The notes: generated by a model from the letters alone, not told the origin. 64,000 bases of DNA from Gammaproteobacteria bacterium (GCA_029862125.1 JAOTXY010000001.1:26025-90024); one strand, 5' to 3'. Numbered from the stretch's first letter, positions 49,685 to 59,789 are shown. Numbers and translations: made by a program.

Positions 49685-51331
49685 GTGGAAAGAGAGGCAA
49701 TGAATTTTGATGTCGTCATCGTCGGCGCTGGACCGTCGGGGCTGACCATGGGGATCCGCCTGGCACAACTGGCGCAGGAAAAGGAACGTGAACTCACGAT
49801 TTGTATCCTCGAAAAGGGTGCCGAAGTCGGTGCGCATATTCTTTCCGGGGCCGTGGTCGAACCGCGCACGCTCAGCGAGTTAATTCCCGACTGGAAGGAA
49901 AAAGGTGCGCCGCTGAACGTGGCGGTCAAGTCTGACCAGTTCAAGTTCCTGACCGCATCGGGTTCGTTTTCGATGCCGACACCGCCACAGATGCATAATC
50001 AAGGTAACTATATTATCAGCCTCGGAAATCTGTGCCGCTGGCTCGCCGAGCAGGCCGAGGAGCTGGGGGTAGAGATTTTCCCGGGCTTCGCCGCGGCCGA
50101 GGTGCTTTACGATGAAAGCGGTGCGGTGCGGGGAGTTGCGACGGGTGATATGGGAATTGGCAAGGATGGCGAACCCGGTGAAAGCTTTGAGCCCGGGGTC
50201 GAATTAATCGGTCGCCAGACGATCTTCGCCGAGGGTTGTCGTGGCTCGCTCAGCGGTGAGCTGATGCAGAAATTCAACCTGCGAGAGGGGGTTGAACCAC
50301 AAACCTACGGCATCGGTATCAAGGAAATCTGGGAAGTCAAACCCGAGCTGCATGACCAGGGTGCGACCCTGCATACCATCGGTTGGCCGCTCAAGTCCGA
50401 TACCTACGGCGGTTCGTTTCTCTACCATAACGAAAACAACCAGGTTGCGGTTGGATTCGTTATCGGGCTGGATTATCGGAACCCGCATTTAAGCCCATTT
50501 GATGAATTTCAGCGCTTTAAGAACCATCCGGATATTCGCCCGATCTTCGAAGGGGGTACCCGCGTTTCTTATGGTGCGCGCGCCATTTCGGAAGGTGGCT
50601 TGCAGTCGATTCCAAAGCTGACTTTCCCGGGTGGCCTGTTGATTGGTGATACCGCCGGCTTTCTCAATGTTCCGAAAATCAAGGGCACCCATACCTCGAT
50701 GAAATCGGCGATGCTCGCCGCCGAGGCCGTGTTTGAACTGCTGCCAGCCGATTACGACGAGGAGAACCCGGGCGCTGCGCTCGAGGCGACTGCCTATCCA
50801 GAGCAATTAAAGCAATCCTGGCTGTGGCGGGAGTTGCACCAGGTGCGCAACATTCGGCCTGCTTTCCAGAAAGGGCTGTGGTGGGGATTGATTAACGCGG
50901 CGCTTGAAACTTATATATTCCGTGGTAAGGCGCCCTGGACCATGGGTCATCATGCGGACCATGAGCAGATCGGCAACAAAAACGACTACCCGGTGATAGA
51001 ATACCCCAGGCCCGACGGAGTCATCAGCTTCGATCGTTCGTCTTCGGTTTACCTGTCCGGTACCTATCATGACGATAATCAACCCGCGCATTTACGTCTG
51101 CGTGATGACAGCGTACCGATTGCGTTGAACCTCGAGAAATACGATGCGCCCGAACAGCGCTACTGCCCGGCCGGGGTCTATGAAATTGTTGAAGTTGACG
51201 GCAATCCTGCGCTGCAGATCAATGCGCAGAACTGCGTGCATTGCAAAACCTGCGATATCAAGGATCCCAGCCAGAACATTCACTGGACCGTACCGGAAGG
51301 CGGTGGTGGGCCTGCTTATCCCAATATGTGA
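49685..51331 (+). CDS. Electron transfer flavoprotein-ubiquinone oxidoreductase
   Basis: DVVIVGAGPSG, GAHILSGA, FAEGCRG, NVPKIKGTH, C-terminal 4Fe-4S motif YCPAGVY...NCVHCKTCDIKDP. Confidence 0.96.
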   Translation: MEREAMNFDVVIVGAGPSGLTMGIRLAQLAQEKERELTICILEKGAEVGAHILSGAVVEPRTLSELIPDWKEKGAPLNVAVKSDQFKFLTASGSFSMPTPPQMHNQGNYIISLGNLCRWLAEQAEELGVEIFPGFAAAEVLYDESGAVRGVATGDMGIGKDGEPGESFEPGVELIGRQTIFAEGCRGSLSGELMQKFNLREGVEPQTYGIGIKEIWEVKPELHDQGATLHTIGWPLKSDTYGGSFLYHNENNQVAVGFVIGLDYRNPHLSPFDEFQRFKNHPDIRPIFEGGTRVSYGARAISEGGLQSIPKLTFPGGLLIGDTAGFLNVPKIKGTHTSMKSAMLAAEAVFELLPADYDEENPGAALEATAYPEQLKQSWLWRELHQVRNIRPAFQKGLWWGLINAALETYIFRGKAPWTMGHHADHEQIGNKNDYPVIEYPRPDGVISFDRSSSVYLSGTYHDDNQPAHLRLRDDSVPIALNLEKYDAPEQRYCPAGVYEIVEVDGNPALQINAQNCVHCKTCDIKDPSQNIHWTVPEGGGGPAYPNM

Positions 51332-51420
51332 CAAACCGAGGTACATTCCCGAGTTATATACTCGGGAATGTACCTCGGTTTGTCATCCCGGAAACGCCGC
51401 CAGGCGTTATCCGGGATCTT
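51329..51420. repeat. Perfect 26-bp palindrome fused to a GTCAT-type repeat
   Basis: TGACAAACCGAGGTACATTCCCGAGT (51329-51354), 5-nt loop, exact complement (51360-51385) running into GTCATCCCGGAAACGCC...GGCGTTATCCGGGATCT. Confidence 0.85.
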
Positions 51421-51609
51421 GCGACCTGTCGTCGTTGCCTGGTCAATGGGTCGGTGACCAAAAAAAAGAACTAATCCCCCGCTGGAGCCACAACGCATCC
51501 AGGATGACCGCTATGGATGTGAGCGGTCCGATGCGTCGGCATGAAAAAGCACTGCTGGGAGCGGCTTTTTTCTTGCAACTTACTGTTTTTTAATGGGATT
51601 TAGGCCCAC

Positions 51610-51648
51610 AAAAAAAAGGGAACTGACCCCACGCGGGGGCCAGCTCCC
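51610..51648 (-). terminator. Rho-independent terminator, minus strand
   Basis: GGGAGCTGGCCCC-loop-GGGGTCAGTTCCC followed by T8 on the minus strand. Confidence 0.7.
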
Positions 51649-51675
51649 AGTAGTCTGTTCTCTTAGGAGAGAACA

Positions 51676-52020
51676 ATGCCTCACTGTATTATAGATTACT
51701 CCCCGGAGGTTGCAGGACAGATCGATATCGATATCCTGCTCGATGCGGTGCACCAGGGCGCAATGGAGTCGGATCTGTTCCCTGAATATGACATTAAAAC
51801 CCGCGCGCTCGCTTACCCGCACCATCGCACCGGGCAAACCCGTGATTCATTTGTCCATGTCGCGCTGCACCTGCTTTCCGGGCGCAGCGACGCACAAAAA
51901 TCGATGCTCAGCGAATGCGTACTCGGCCGCATCGAGCCGCTGTTACCGCGAGTCGTCAGCGTCAGCGTGGAGATCCTCGATATTCATCGCGAGAGCTACC
52001 GCAAGCGCGTACTTGAATAG
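51676..52020 (+). CDS. 5-carboxymethyl-2-hydroxymuconate isomerase-like tautomerase
   Basis: N-terminal catalytic Pro (MPHCIIDYS), DIKTRA, FVHV, LSGRS; RBS AGGAG. Confidence 0.82.
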   Translation: MPHCIIDYSPEVAGQIDIDILLDAVHQGAMESDLFPEYDIKTRALAYPHHRTGQTRDSFVHVALHLLSGRSDAQKSMLSECVLGRIEPLLPRVVSVSVEILDIHRESYRKRVLE

Positions 52021-52043
52021 GTACCATACTGTCATTCCGGTAT

Positions 52044-52185
52044 AAGATTCCCGCTTGCGCGGGAATGACTCCTAAAATTGCATCCCCGCAGACTTAAGCC
52101 GTCATCCCCGCGTAAGCGGCGGTCCGACGTATCGGGATCTTGCAATAGAGGCGCGTTATGAGATTCCCGCTTGTGCGGGAATGAC
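52044..52185. repeat. REP cluster including a gene-less copy of the GIY-YIG-flanking pair
   Basis: Right half 52044-52069, partial left copy at 52081, left half 52100-52145, 14-nt spacer, right half 52160-52185. Confidence 0.9.
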
Positions 52186-52196
52186 TCCAAATAACA

Positions 52197-53222
52197 TTAT
52201 TCCGAATGACAGGTCTCATGGAAGGCCTCATGTGCCTCGCTGCATGTAATTCCCTGCAGCCTCTCAAGCAGGTCCCAGCTCTGCTGCTGGTCAATACTGA
52301 GGTAGTCGTTGTCGGGTTCAAGTCGGCGTTGATGGGCACAGATACAGACGCTCATGCACAGGCGCATACAGATCAGGTCGAAAAGCAGGCCGATCTCGGT
52401 TGCGGTCAGTGGCAGTGCCCGGTGGTAGCCACCCACCAGTGCTTGCGCGGCACGCAGCGGATCCGGTTCGTCAAGCATCGCGTAGGCGGCGGCGATTGCC
52501 GGTTCTACCACGAGCCATAAATCCAGCATATCGCCGAAATCGATAATGCTGAGTACCTGCTGACCGCTGTCATCCACAATAACGTTTTGTCGATTGGCGT
52601 CGTTATGGATGACGGCACGTCTGAGCTCATTTTGTACCGGCAGCACGCGTTCGCGAAAGCCATCTTCGAAATGTTCAACCAGTGAGCGTTCGGCGGTACC
52701 CGTCAGCAGGGGTTTATAGTCCTCGAGCACCGCCATTGCCGATTCCATGTTCCACAGCAGGGGTCGCTCCAGTCCCGGGTGCGAAAACCCGGCAAGTGCC
52801 TGGTCGAGTAGCGCGAGCCGCCGTCCCAGGTCCCCCAGCAACTCCGGTTTTGACTCGTCGAAGTCGGCCCACAGATGTCCGTCGATGAATGGCAGTGCAC
52901 GACAGTAATGTTCGTTGTCCTGCGTGTCGCGTGCCGTTTCGATGAGGTTTCCTTTAACCGACTCAAGCGCCGTTGCGACCATTGGAAATACCTGTGCCTC
53001 GGCCAGTCTTTGAAACACCTGGTGCTGACATTCGAGCATCGCCGGCGATTCCTGGGCGTTGGCAATCTTGAAAACGAATCTGCCGCGTGCGTCATCAATC
53101 AGGAAATTCAAATCGCGTTCGCCGTGGAGTTGCTTCATCGCTCCTTCGAGCGCAAACAGACGCCGCGCAATTTCGGCAACTTCGGTTGCATCGAACTCCG
53201 GTAATAAGCAGCTATCTGACAT
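52197..53222 (-). CDS. APH/choline-kinase-fold phosphotransferase (hydroxylysine/homoserine kinase type II-like)
   Basis: GERDLNF, FVFKIAN, IHNDANRQN, IIDFGD. Confidence 0.8.
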   Translation of the reverse strand: MSDSCLLPEFDATEVAEIARRLFALEGAMKQLHGERDLNFLIDDARGRFVFKIANAQESPAMLECQHQVFQRLAEAQVFPMVATALESVKGNLIETARDTQDNEHYCRALPFIDGHLWADFDESKPELLGDLGRRLALLDQALAGFSHPGLERPLLWNMESAMAVLEDYKPLLTGTAERSLVEHFEDGFRERVLPVQNELRRAVIHNDANRQNVIVDDSGQQVLSIIDFGDMLDLWLVVEPAIAAAYAMLDEPDPLRAAQALVGGYHRALPLTATEIGLLFDLICMRLCMSVCICAHQRRLEPDNDYLSIDQQQSWDLLERLQGITCSEAHEAFHETCHSE

Positions 53223-53255
53223 AGCTATTCGATTTAAAGATGCTCATGGAAAACA

Positions 53256-53458
53256 GGTGCCTCAAGAAAGCAGGATTTTTTCGCGAGTGCAAGAAAGCGC
53301 CGCGCGCAGAACCGCAGTTTACACGGGAGTAAATGAGGATACGACCGGGCTGGCGCACCAGCACGGTGCTTATGTACAGGATGTACGGTATGCCGATTTT
53401 GCAGGAGCAAAAATCGGCGACGCGGCAATCGCGGAAAAAGACAATTTCTTGAGGTACC
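53256..53458. mobile_element. MITE-like element (~200 bp)
   Basis: Terminal IR GGTGCCTCAAGAAA / TTTCTTGAGGTACC (13 of 14 nt), imperfect inner IR, hairpins TTTAC...GTAAA and GCCGATTTT...AAAATCGGC; no coding capacity evident. Confidence 0.6.
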
Positions 53459-53551
53459 GTGTCGCAAATGGTTAACTAGCGGTCGTGGACTGTCACATGT
53501 GCTAAATATATAGTCCGAAGGCTTAGAGTCCAATAATATCTGGAGTTATCA

Positions 53552-55582
53552 ATGTCGCTTCGTCTTGGGATCGACACCGGCGGTACCTTTACCGACGCGG
53601 TTCTGGTTGATGACAACAAGCAAATCGTCAACGCCGAGAAAAGCCTTACCACGCGCTTTGACTTGAGTCACGGCATCGGTGACGTGATAGCGAAATTACC
53701 GGGCGCCGCGCTTGCCGAAGTGACCATGGTTTCGCTGTCCACCACGCTGACTACCAATTCGGTCGTAGAAGATCTTGGTGCGCCTGTCTGCGTGCTGTTG
53801 CCGGGCTATACCGATGAACAGATCAGGCAAAGTGGTTTACTGGATATATTATCGGCGCAGATGGTTGTAACCCTCGAAGGCGGCTTCGACGCGGTTGGCC
53901 GCGAACACAGGCCGCTCGACGAAAGCGGTGCGCGTGAAGCGATTGAAAAGTTGCAGGACCAGGTCTCCGCATTCGCGATTTCAAGCATGTTCGGCACGCG
54001 AAACTCGAGTCATGAAAACCGTATCAAGCAACTCGTAATCGAGTTGACCGACATGCCGGTTATCTGCGGGCATGAGCTGGCATCGAACCTGGGGGCCCCG
54101 CGTCGCGCCTTAACCGCTGCTTTGAACGCGCGCATGGTGCCACCGATCAGGGAACTTATCGGCTCGGTACAGAAAATTCTCGCGCGCCACGAAATCGATG
54201 CGCCGTTGATGCTGGTAAAAGGTGACGGTTCGCTCGCCAGCCTGGAAAACGCGATCGAAAAGCCGATCGGAACCGTGCTTTCCGGTCCTGCCGCGAGCGT
54301 GATCGGAGCTTGTCGGTTGTCAGGACTCGACAACGCGATCATCGCTGATATGGGTGGCACCACGACCGATATCGCGATCGTCAGCAATGGTCAACCGCAG
54401 CTGTGCGAGGATGGCGCCAGGATTGGCGACTGGCAACCGATGGTCGAGGCGGTGCGCGTCAATTCAATCGGACTCGGCGGCGATAGCGAAATCCATTTTG
54501 GCGGTCACAAGGGATTGTCGCTGGGGCCCCGACGGGTTGTTCCGACCAGCCTGCTGGGCCACCTCCATCCCGAGATCATTCCGAAACTGGAATTGCAACT
54601 CGAGGGCATGGCCAGTGCCCGCAGTAATCGCTTCGTCATGCGCCTGGAAAACAACCAGGCATTGTTGCAACAGCTTAACGCGACTGAACTCGAAGCCTGG
54701 GAACTGTTATCGGACAAGCCGATTGAACTCGACGCAATCGTGCTGGAAGATCGAACTTATGCCCGCGCACTGGCCAAGTTGAAACGGCTCGGATTGGCAA
54801 TCTATAGCGGATTTACTCCCACCGACGCGATTCATGTGCTCGGCATCAATTCACACTGGGACAAGCGCGCGGCTGAACTCTCGGCACGCATCTGGATGCG
54901 CCAGATGCGCTTCCTTTATGGTTACGGAAAATGGGACAGCGATGATGTCGAAACCGCCTGTACCCAGGTTTACGACCTCGTGATCTCGACTATTCGGCGT
55001 TTGCTGGTCGAGGTCGGGTTGAACGAATTCGACTTGAACAGCAAATCGAGCAAGGCCGGAGGTATTGTCGACACCATTACGCGCATGGTGACAGACAGCC
55101 ATGAATCAAAGGGGCGCAAGCCCCTGTTCAAACTGGATTTTGCCAGCGACTACCCGATCGTCGCGGTGGGCGCACCGGCTGCGAGTTATTACCGGGATGT
55201 TGCCGATAGTATGTTTATCGGTCTGCACCTGCCCGAACATGCCGATGTCGCCAATGCCTTTGGCGCTGTCATGGGAAGCGTGATTCAGCGCGCGCAGGTT
55301 ACGGTAACGCAGCCCCAGCACGGCACCTTCTGCCTGTTTCACCAGGATGAGCCAAAACATTTCGACAACCTCGAGGATGCCAGGCACGAAGCAGAACAGA
55401 TCGTTTACCTGGTGGCACAACAAAAAGCGCTTGCGGCAGGGGCCATCGATCCAACCGTGACGCTCGAATTTGACGACATCCATGTGAAGGACGAAATCGA
55501 CGGTGAATTGTTCCTCGAGTCGACCGTGATTGCTACCGCCATTGGACCCGCCTGCAACTGGCGCTCGGAAACCGGCGCGTGA
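53552..55582 (+). CDS. Hydantoinase/oxoprolinase A-family (ASKHA) protein
   Basis: LGIDTGGTFTDAV, STTLTTN, TAALNA, KGDG, LSGPAAS, DMGGTTTDI, GLGGDS, VANAFGA. Confidence 0.85.
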   Translation: MSLRLGIDTGGTFTDAVLVDDNKQIVNAEKSLTTRFDLSHGIGDVIAKLPGAALAEVTMVSLSTTLTTNSVVEDLGAPVCVLLPGYTDEQIRQSGLLDILSAQMVVTLEGGFDAVGREHRPLDESGAREAIEKLQDQVSAFAISSMFGTRNSSHENRIKQLVIELTDMPVICGHELASNLGAPRRALTAALNARMVPPIRELIGSVQKILARHEIDAPLMLVKGDGSLASLENAIEKPIGTVLSGPAASVIGACRLSGLDNAIIADMGGTTTDIAIVSNGQPQLCEDGARIGDWQPMVEAVRVNSIGLGGDSEIHFGGHKGLSLGPRRVVPTSLLGHLHPEIIPKLELQLEGMASARSNRFVMRLENNQALLQQLNATELEAWELLSDKPIELDAIVLEDRTYARALAKLKRLGLAIYSGFTPTDAIHVLGINSHWDKRAAELSARIWMRQMRFLYGYGKWDSDDVETACTQVYDLVISTIRRLLVEVGLNEFDLNSKSSKAGGIVDTITRMVTDSHESKGRKPLFKLDFASDYPIVAVGAPAASYYRDVADSMFIGLHLPEHADVANAFGAVMGSVIQRAQVTVTQPQHGTFCLFHQDEPKHFDNLEDARHEAEQIVYLVAQQKALAAGAIDPTVTLEFDDIHVKDEIDGELFLESTVIATAIGPACNWRSETGA

Positions 55583-56247
55583 ATCCGTCGGCAGCCCTGC
55601 AGAAATACGGGTTGTTTGTGCGTGGCGTTACCACGCTAAGTGCAGCCGAGATCGAAACCTATCGATTCCCCGAGTCAAAGCCGGCGCTGGTCCTGGTGGG
55701 TAATATCGGCTCGAGTTACTGGCCCGTATTCAGCCAGTCGCCAGAATTCCTTGATGGTGAAGCCGACCCCCTCGATCGCTGGAGTCGGCGCGTTGCCGAG
55801 GCAATTGCGGCAGAGATACCGGTAGAGCCGGTCTATCCATTTGAAGGGCCTCCCTACCACCCGTTTCAGCAGTGGGCGCAGCGTGCCGAAGCGCTCGAGC
55901 AATCGCCGATAGGGGTTATGATTCATCCCGACTACGGGCTTTGGCATTCATACCGATTTGCGCTGCTGGGCACCGAATTCGAGGTGGATCAGGCCCAGTC
56001 CCCGGGTGCATCCCCCTGTATCAGCTGTGATGCCAAACCCTGCCTGCATCGCTGCCCCGTCGATGCCTTTGATGCCAACGGCTACGATGTCGAGTGCTGT
56101 GCAAGCTACCTGCGACAAACCCCGCAAGCCGAATGCCATTCAAGCGGTTGTCTCGCGCGTTATGCCTGCCCGATTGCGCCCGATTTGAGCTATGTGGCTG
56201 AACAGGGGCAGTTCCACTTGCAGGCCTTCTTGAACGCACGCAAATAA
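55579..56247 (+). CDS. Fe-S protein with a CblC/QueG-like N-terminal region
   Basis: DPLDRWS, PFQQWA, IHPDYGLWHSYR, then CxxCxxxxCxxxCP and CxARxACP; GTGA overlap with the upstream gene. Confidence 0.6.
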   Translation: MNPSAALQKYGLFVRGVTTLSAAEIETYRFPESKPALVLVGNIGSSYWPVFSQSPEFLDGEADPLDRWSRRVAEAIAAEIPVEPVYPFEGPPYHPFQQWAQRAEALEQSPIGVMIHPDYGLWHSYRFALLGTEFEVDQAQSPGASPCISCDAKPCLHRCPVDAFDANGYDVECCASYLRQTPQAECHSSGCLARYACPIAPDLSYVAEQGQFHLQAFLNARK

Positions 56248-56375
56248 CTGAAAAAAAAGTGTTTTTTTGAAGCTTTTGTTTATTTTTTCTCATCTATACT
56301 TAGATTGTTGATTCAACAACAAAATTAGCGGAAAAGATAGCGGATTGACTCGCCCGTAAGGTATTACTGTTCCAT

Positions 56376-58778
56376 ATGGCAAAAATCGGAAACATTTTTT
56401 TCAATCGAACGCTCAACCAGTTTCTCGAATGTAAAGACCTCGATAGTAAGAAAGGTTTGTCGTTATTAGAGAAAATTCAGGGGTCGGTCGGCGATAACCT
56501 GGACAAGGTGCTGGAGACGATTGCGCAGGTCGAAGATCCGCATCGCGAGGTGCTGAAAAATATCTGTCTCGAGTCGGTCGAGGGATTCTCGGAAGAATAC
56601 TTTCTCAATGCACTGTCCAATGACCAGACTGTTATGCGTGCCGCTGCCAGCGACATCCTGGCGAATAAACCTGCGGTAGATTCCACTAAACTGTTTCAGC
56701 GATTACACGACCCCAAGTCGTCCCCGGCCGAGGTCATCGAGGTGCTCGAGGCACAGAAAGATTCGTTAAAGCCGGAAGATATCATCAACCACTCGTTAAA
56801 GCTGGAAACTGACGATGCAATCCAGCTGTTAAAACTGGTCGAAGGCAGCCGCCAGCCGGTAGATTTATCGAGCCTGAGTTTTCAGCTCGACAAGATAGAA
56901 AGCCCGGTTTACAAAATAAACCTGTTGAACTATTTCGGTAGTATCAACGAACCCAAGATCCCGTTGATTGTTGTCCGCTTCCTGGATGACTCCAATAAGG
57001 TTGTTGTGCTTGAAGCGCTCAAGACCCTGGACCGAATGAAAATCGATTTCGATGCGTCGGCGTTGCTGCCTTATGCCGAATCGATGTCGGGTGTCGAGCA
57101 GGAACTCGTGCTCAAGATTATCGCCAAGCAGGCCGATGCCAGCCTGGTACCTCACCTGTCGGCCTACCTGACGTTGAAGTCGGATGAGTTGAACGATTTC
57201 TTCGCAGGCATTGTTGTCGCCAACGCCGATAAGGAAAACTTTGAAAAATTACTTAAACGCCTCAGTATCGAGGACGACTGGACCCAGCAGCAGTCGGTCG
57301 CCCGTATACAAAAATTCTCCGATGAGCACCTGTCCGAAGTGGCGCGAGAACTGACCAGCCACGAACAGGAGTTCATACGTAATACCGCGCAGACACTGGT
57401 GATGAACCTGATCGGCGATGAGGATCTCGGAAAAATAGAGGAATATGCACTCAGCGAGAATTGGCAGGTGCGCGAACGCGCGATTCAGTCGCTGGCCAAA
57501 TCTTCGAACCGCGCGGCAATCGTCGTTCTCAAGAAGATGGTCGATGCTTATCCCGATGATTTCGTTTTGGCGTTGCGCGCGGTCAAGCAGCTTGGTTTTG
57601 GCAAGGGTCTGGAAATCGCTTTCGAGGGGCTCAAGAATTCACAGCCCAACGTGCAGCGTGCTTCGCTCGAGACGATCGAGGCAATTACCAGCGAAAAGCA
57701 CGCCGCCAAGGTGCGCGACAATATAATGTGGAACCTGCCGGTGTTGACTACCGAAATGCGGGAATTTGCCAAGATGCTGATGTCGGAAATCACCCGGGAT
57801 TACGGTCTGCCTGAAATCCAGATCGACGAAAACACGACTACCAGCACCGGCGTGGTAGATGTCCCGCTGTTTGGTGGCAGTATCGGATCCACGGTCAGGC
57901 CGGACGAGCGGCTCTCACCCCTGGACCAGCTTGCGCCGGGGTCGGTGTGGATGGATCGTTACCACATCAAGAAAGAGATCGGACGGGGTGCGATGGGACG
58001 CGTCATGCTGGCCGAAGACGACATGGTCGACGAGTCATTGATACTGAAATTCATGCTGCCCGAGTTGACGGTTGACCAGCAGTCGACCGAGCGCTTCAAA
58101 CGCGAGGTTAAATACGCGCGCAAGATAAGCCATCGTAACGTGATTCGCGTTCACGATATTTTGCTGAAAGACAAGCTCTGTGCGATTTCGATGGAGTACT
58201 TCAAAAGCCGCGGACTCGAAGCGGTGCTGGACGAAGTGAAGTGTTTCGAGACTCTCGACGGGCTCAAGATTCTATACCAGATAGCGAGCGGCATGGCGGC
58301 CGCACATGAACAGGAAGTTATCCACCGGGATCTGAAACCGAGTAACATCCTGATCGACGATAAATGGCATGTGAAGATCGTGGATTTCGGTATCGCCTCG
58401 GCCGGCACGGCCTCGGAAGCCACGCTGACCCAGACCGGTTCCATTATCGGCAGCCCGGCTTACCTCTCGCCCGAGCGTGCCGATGGCAAAGACGCGGATG
58501 AACGCAGCGATATCTATTCACTGGGAATTATTTCCTACTACATGTTTAGCGGCCAGTTACCTTACAGCGGTAAACCGATGGAAGTTCTGGCGAAGCATCG
58601 CGACGGTAACGCGCCCCCTATCATGAAGGTCAACGATGACGCCGCGCCGGAAGTTTCACGGCTGATTGTAAGAATGATGGCGATAGATCCTTCAGCCCGA
58701 CCGCAATCGATGAAAGCCGTGCGTGACGAAGTCAAGAACCTGGTCGTCGAATTCGAACTACCCGAAGAAATAGGTTAG
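56376..58778 (+). CDS. Hanks-type Ser/Thr protein kinase with N-terminal HEAT-like repeats
   Basis: IGRGAMGRV, ILK, RFKRE, HRDLKPSN, DFG, GSPAYLSPE, SDIYSLG; helical repeats such as NWQVRERAIQSL; no TM segment evident. Confidence 0.9.
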   Translation: MAKIGNIFFNRTLNQFLECKDLDSKKGLSLLEKIQGSVGDNLDKVLETIAQVEDPHREVLKNICLESVEGFSEEYFLNALSNDQTVMRAAASDILANKPAVDSTKLFQRLHDPKSSPAEVIEVLEAQKDSLKPEDIINHSLKLETDDAIQLLKLVEGSRQPVDLSSLSFQLDKIESPVYKINLLNYFGSINEPKIPLIVVRFLDDSNKVVVLEALKTLDRMKIDFDASALLPYAESMSGVEQELVLKIIAKQADASLVPHLSAYLTLKSDELNDFFAGIVVANADKENFEKLLKRLSIEDDWTQQQSVARIQKFSDEHLSEVARELTSHEQEFIRNTAQTLVMNLIGDEDLGKIEEYALSENWQVRERAIQSLAKSSNRAAIVVLKKMVDAYPDDFVLALRAVKQLGFGKGLEIAFEGLKNSQPNVQRASLETIEAITSEKHAAKVRDNIMWNLPVLTTEMREFAKMLMSEITRDYGLPEIQIDENTTTSTGVVDVPLFGGSIGSTVRPDERLSPLDQLAPGSVWMDRYHIKKEIGRGAMGRVMLAEDDMVDESLILKFMLPELTVDQQSTERFKREVKYARKISHRNVIRVHDILLKDKLCAISMEYFKSRGLEAVLDEVKCFETLDGLKILYQIASGMAAAHEQEVIHRDLKPSNILIDDKWHVKIVDFGIASAGTASEATLTQTGSIIGSPAYLSPERADGKDADERSDIYSLGIISYYMFSGQLPYSGKPMEVLAKHRDGNAPPIMKVNDDAAPEVSRLIVRMMAIDPSARPQSMKAVRDEVKNLVVEFELPEEIG

Positions 58779-58793
58779 ATTCGTAAGCTGCTG

Positions 58794-59789
58794 TCATCCC
58801 CGTGACTGTACCGAGGTCAGTGCGATCAGGTAGTAGACATCTTCGGTACTGCAGCCACGCGACAAATCATTTGCAGGACGGCTGAGTCCCTGCAGAATCG
58901 GGCCGATCGCAACGGCTCCACCAAGGCGCTGGGTTAATTTGTAGCCGATATTGCCGGCATTCAGATCGGGAAAGATCAACACGTTAGCGCGTCCATCGAT
59001 GTGTGAACTGGCAATCTTCTGCGCCGCAATCGCAGGCACAATCGCCGCATCCAGTTGAACCTCGCCTTCGACCGAGACGTCCGGCATCTGCTTGCGCGCC
59101 AGTTTTGTTGCCTCGCGAACTTTTTCTACCAGGGGATGATTGGCACTGCCGTCGGTAGAAAAAGACAGCATTGCAACCCGCGGTTCATCATCGATCAACT
59201 GCCGTGCCGATTGCGCGGCTGCCACTGCAATCTCGGCCAGTTGTTCCGCATCCGGATCGACGATCAAACCACAGTCGGCAAAGACCATCGCCTGTTTAGG
59301 CTTGTGATGTTCGGCTTCAAACAGCATCAGCATGAAACTTGAAACCGAGTTGAATCCCGGCATAACGCCGACGATTTGTAATGCCGACCGAACTCGATCA
59401 CCGGTTGTATAAACCGCTCCCGCAATCGACCCATCGGCGTGATTGGCGCGCAGCATCAGGTCGGCAAAACACAGCGGATCCTGCGCCTGTTGCTCGGCCT
59501 GTTCCAATGTCATGCCCTTGTGCTTACGCAACTGCCACAATTCCTTACTATATCTTTGGTGGTATTGTGAAGCGCTTGGATCTTCGATTCTAATACCGGT
59601 TAAATTGAACCCTGACTCAGCAGCCTGGTTGCGGATCGTATTCTCGTTGCCGACGAGCACGCAGTTTGCTATTCCGTCATCGGTGGCTCGTTGGACAGCC
59701 TCGATAACGCGATTGTCCTCGCCTTCGGCGAGCACAATCGTTTGTCGGCTGGTTTGGGCCTTGTGGATTATAGAATCTAGAAATTGCAT
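58794..59789 (-). CDS. pta: Phosphate acetyltransferase (short form)
   Basis: [62 protein letters not shown]. Confidence 0.95.
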   Translation of the reverse strand: MQFLDSIIHKAQTSRQTIVLAEGEDNRVIEAVQRATDDGIANCVLVGNENTIRNQAAESGFNLTGIRIEDPSASQYHQRYSKELWQLRKHKGMTLEQAEQQAQDPLCFADLMLRANHADGSIAGAVYTTGDRVRSALQIVGVMPGFNSVSSFMLMLFEAEHHKPKQAMVFADCGLIVDPDAEQLAEIAVAAAQSARQLIDDEPRVAMLSFSTDGSANHPLVEKVREATKLARKQMPDVSVEGEVQLDAAIVPAIAAQKIASSHIDGRANVLIFPDLNAGNIGYKLTQRLGGAVAIGPILQGLSRPANDLSRGCSTEDVYYLIALTSVQSRG

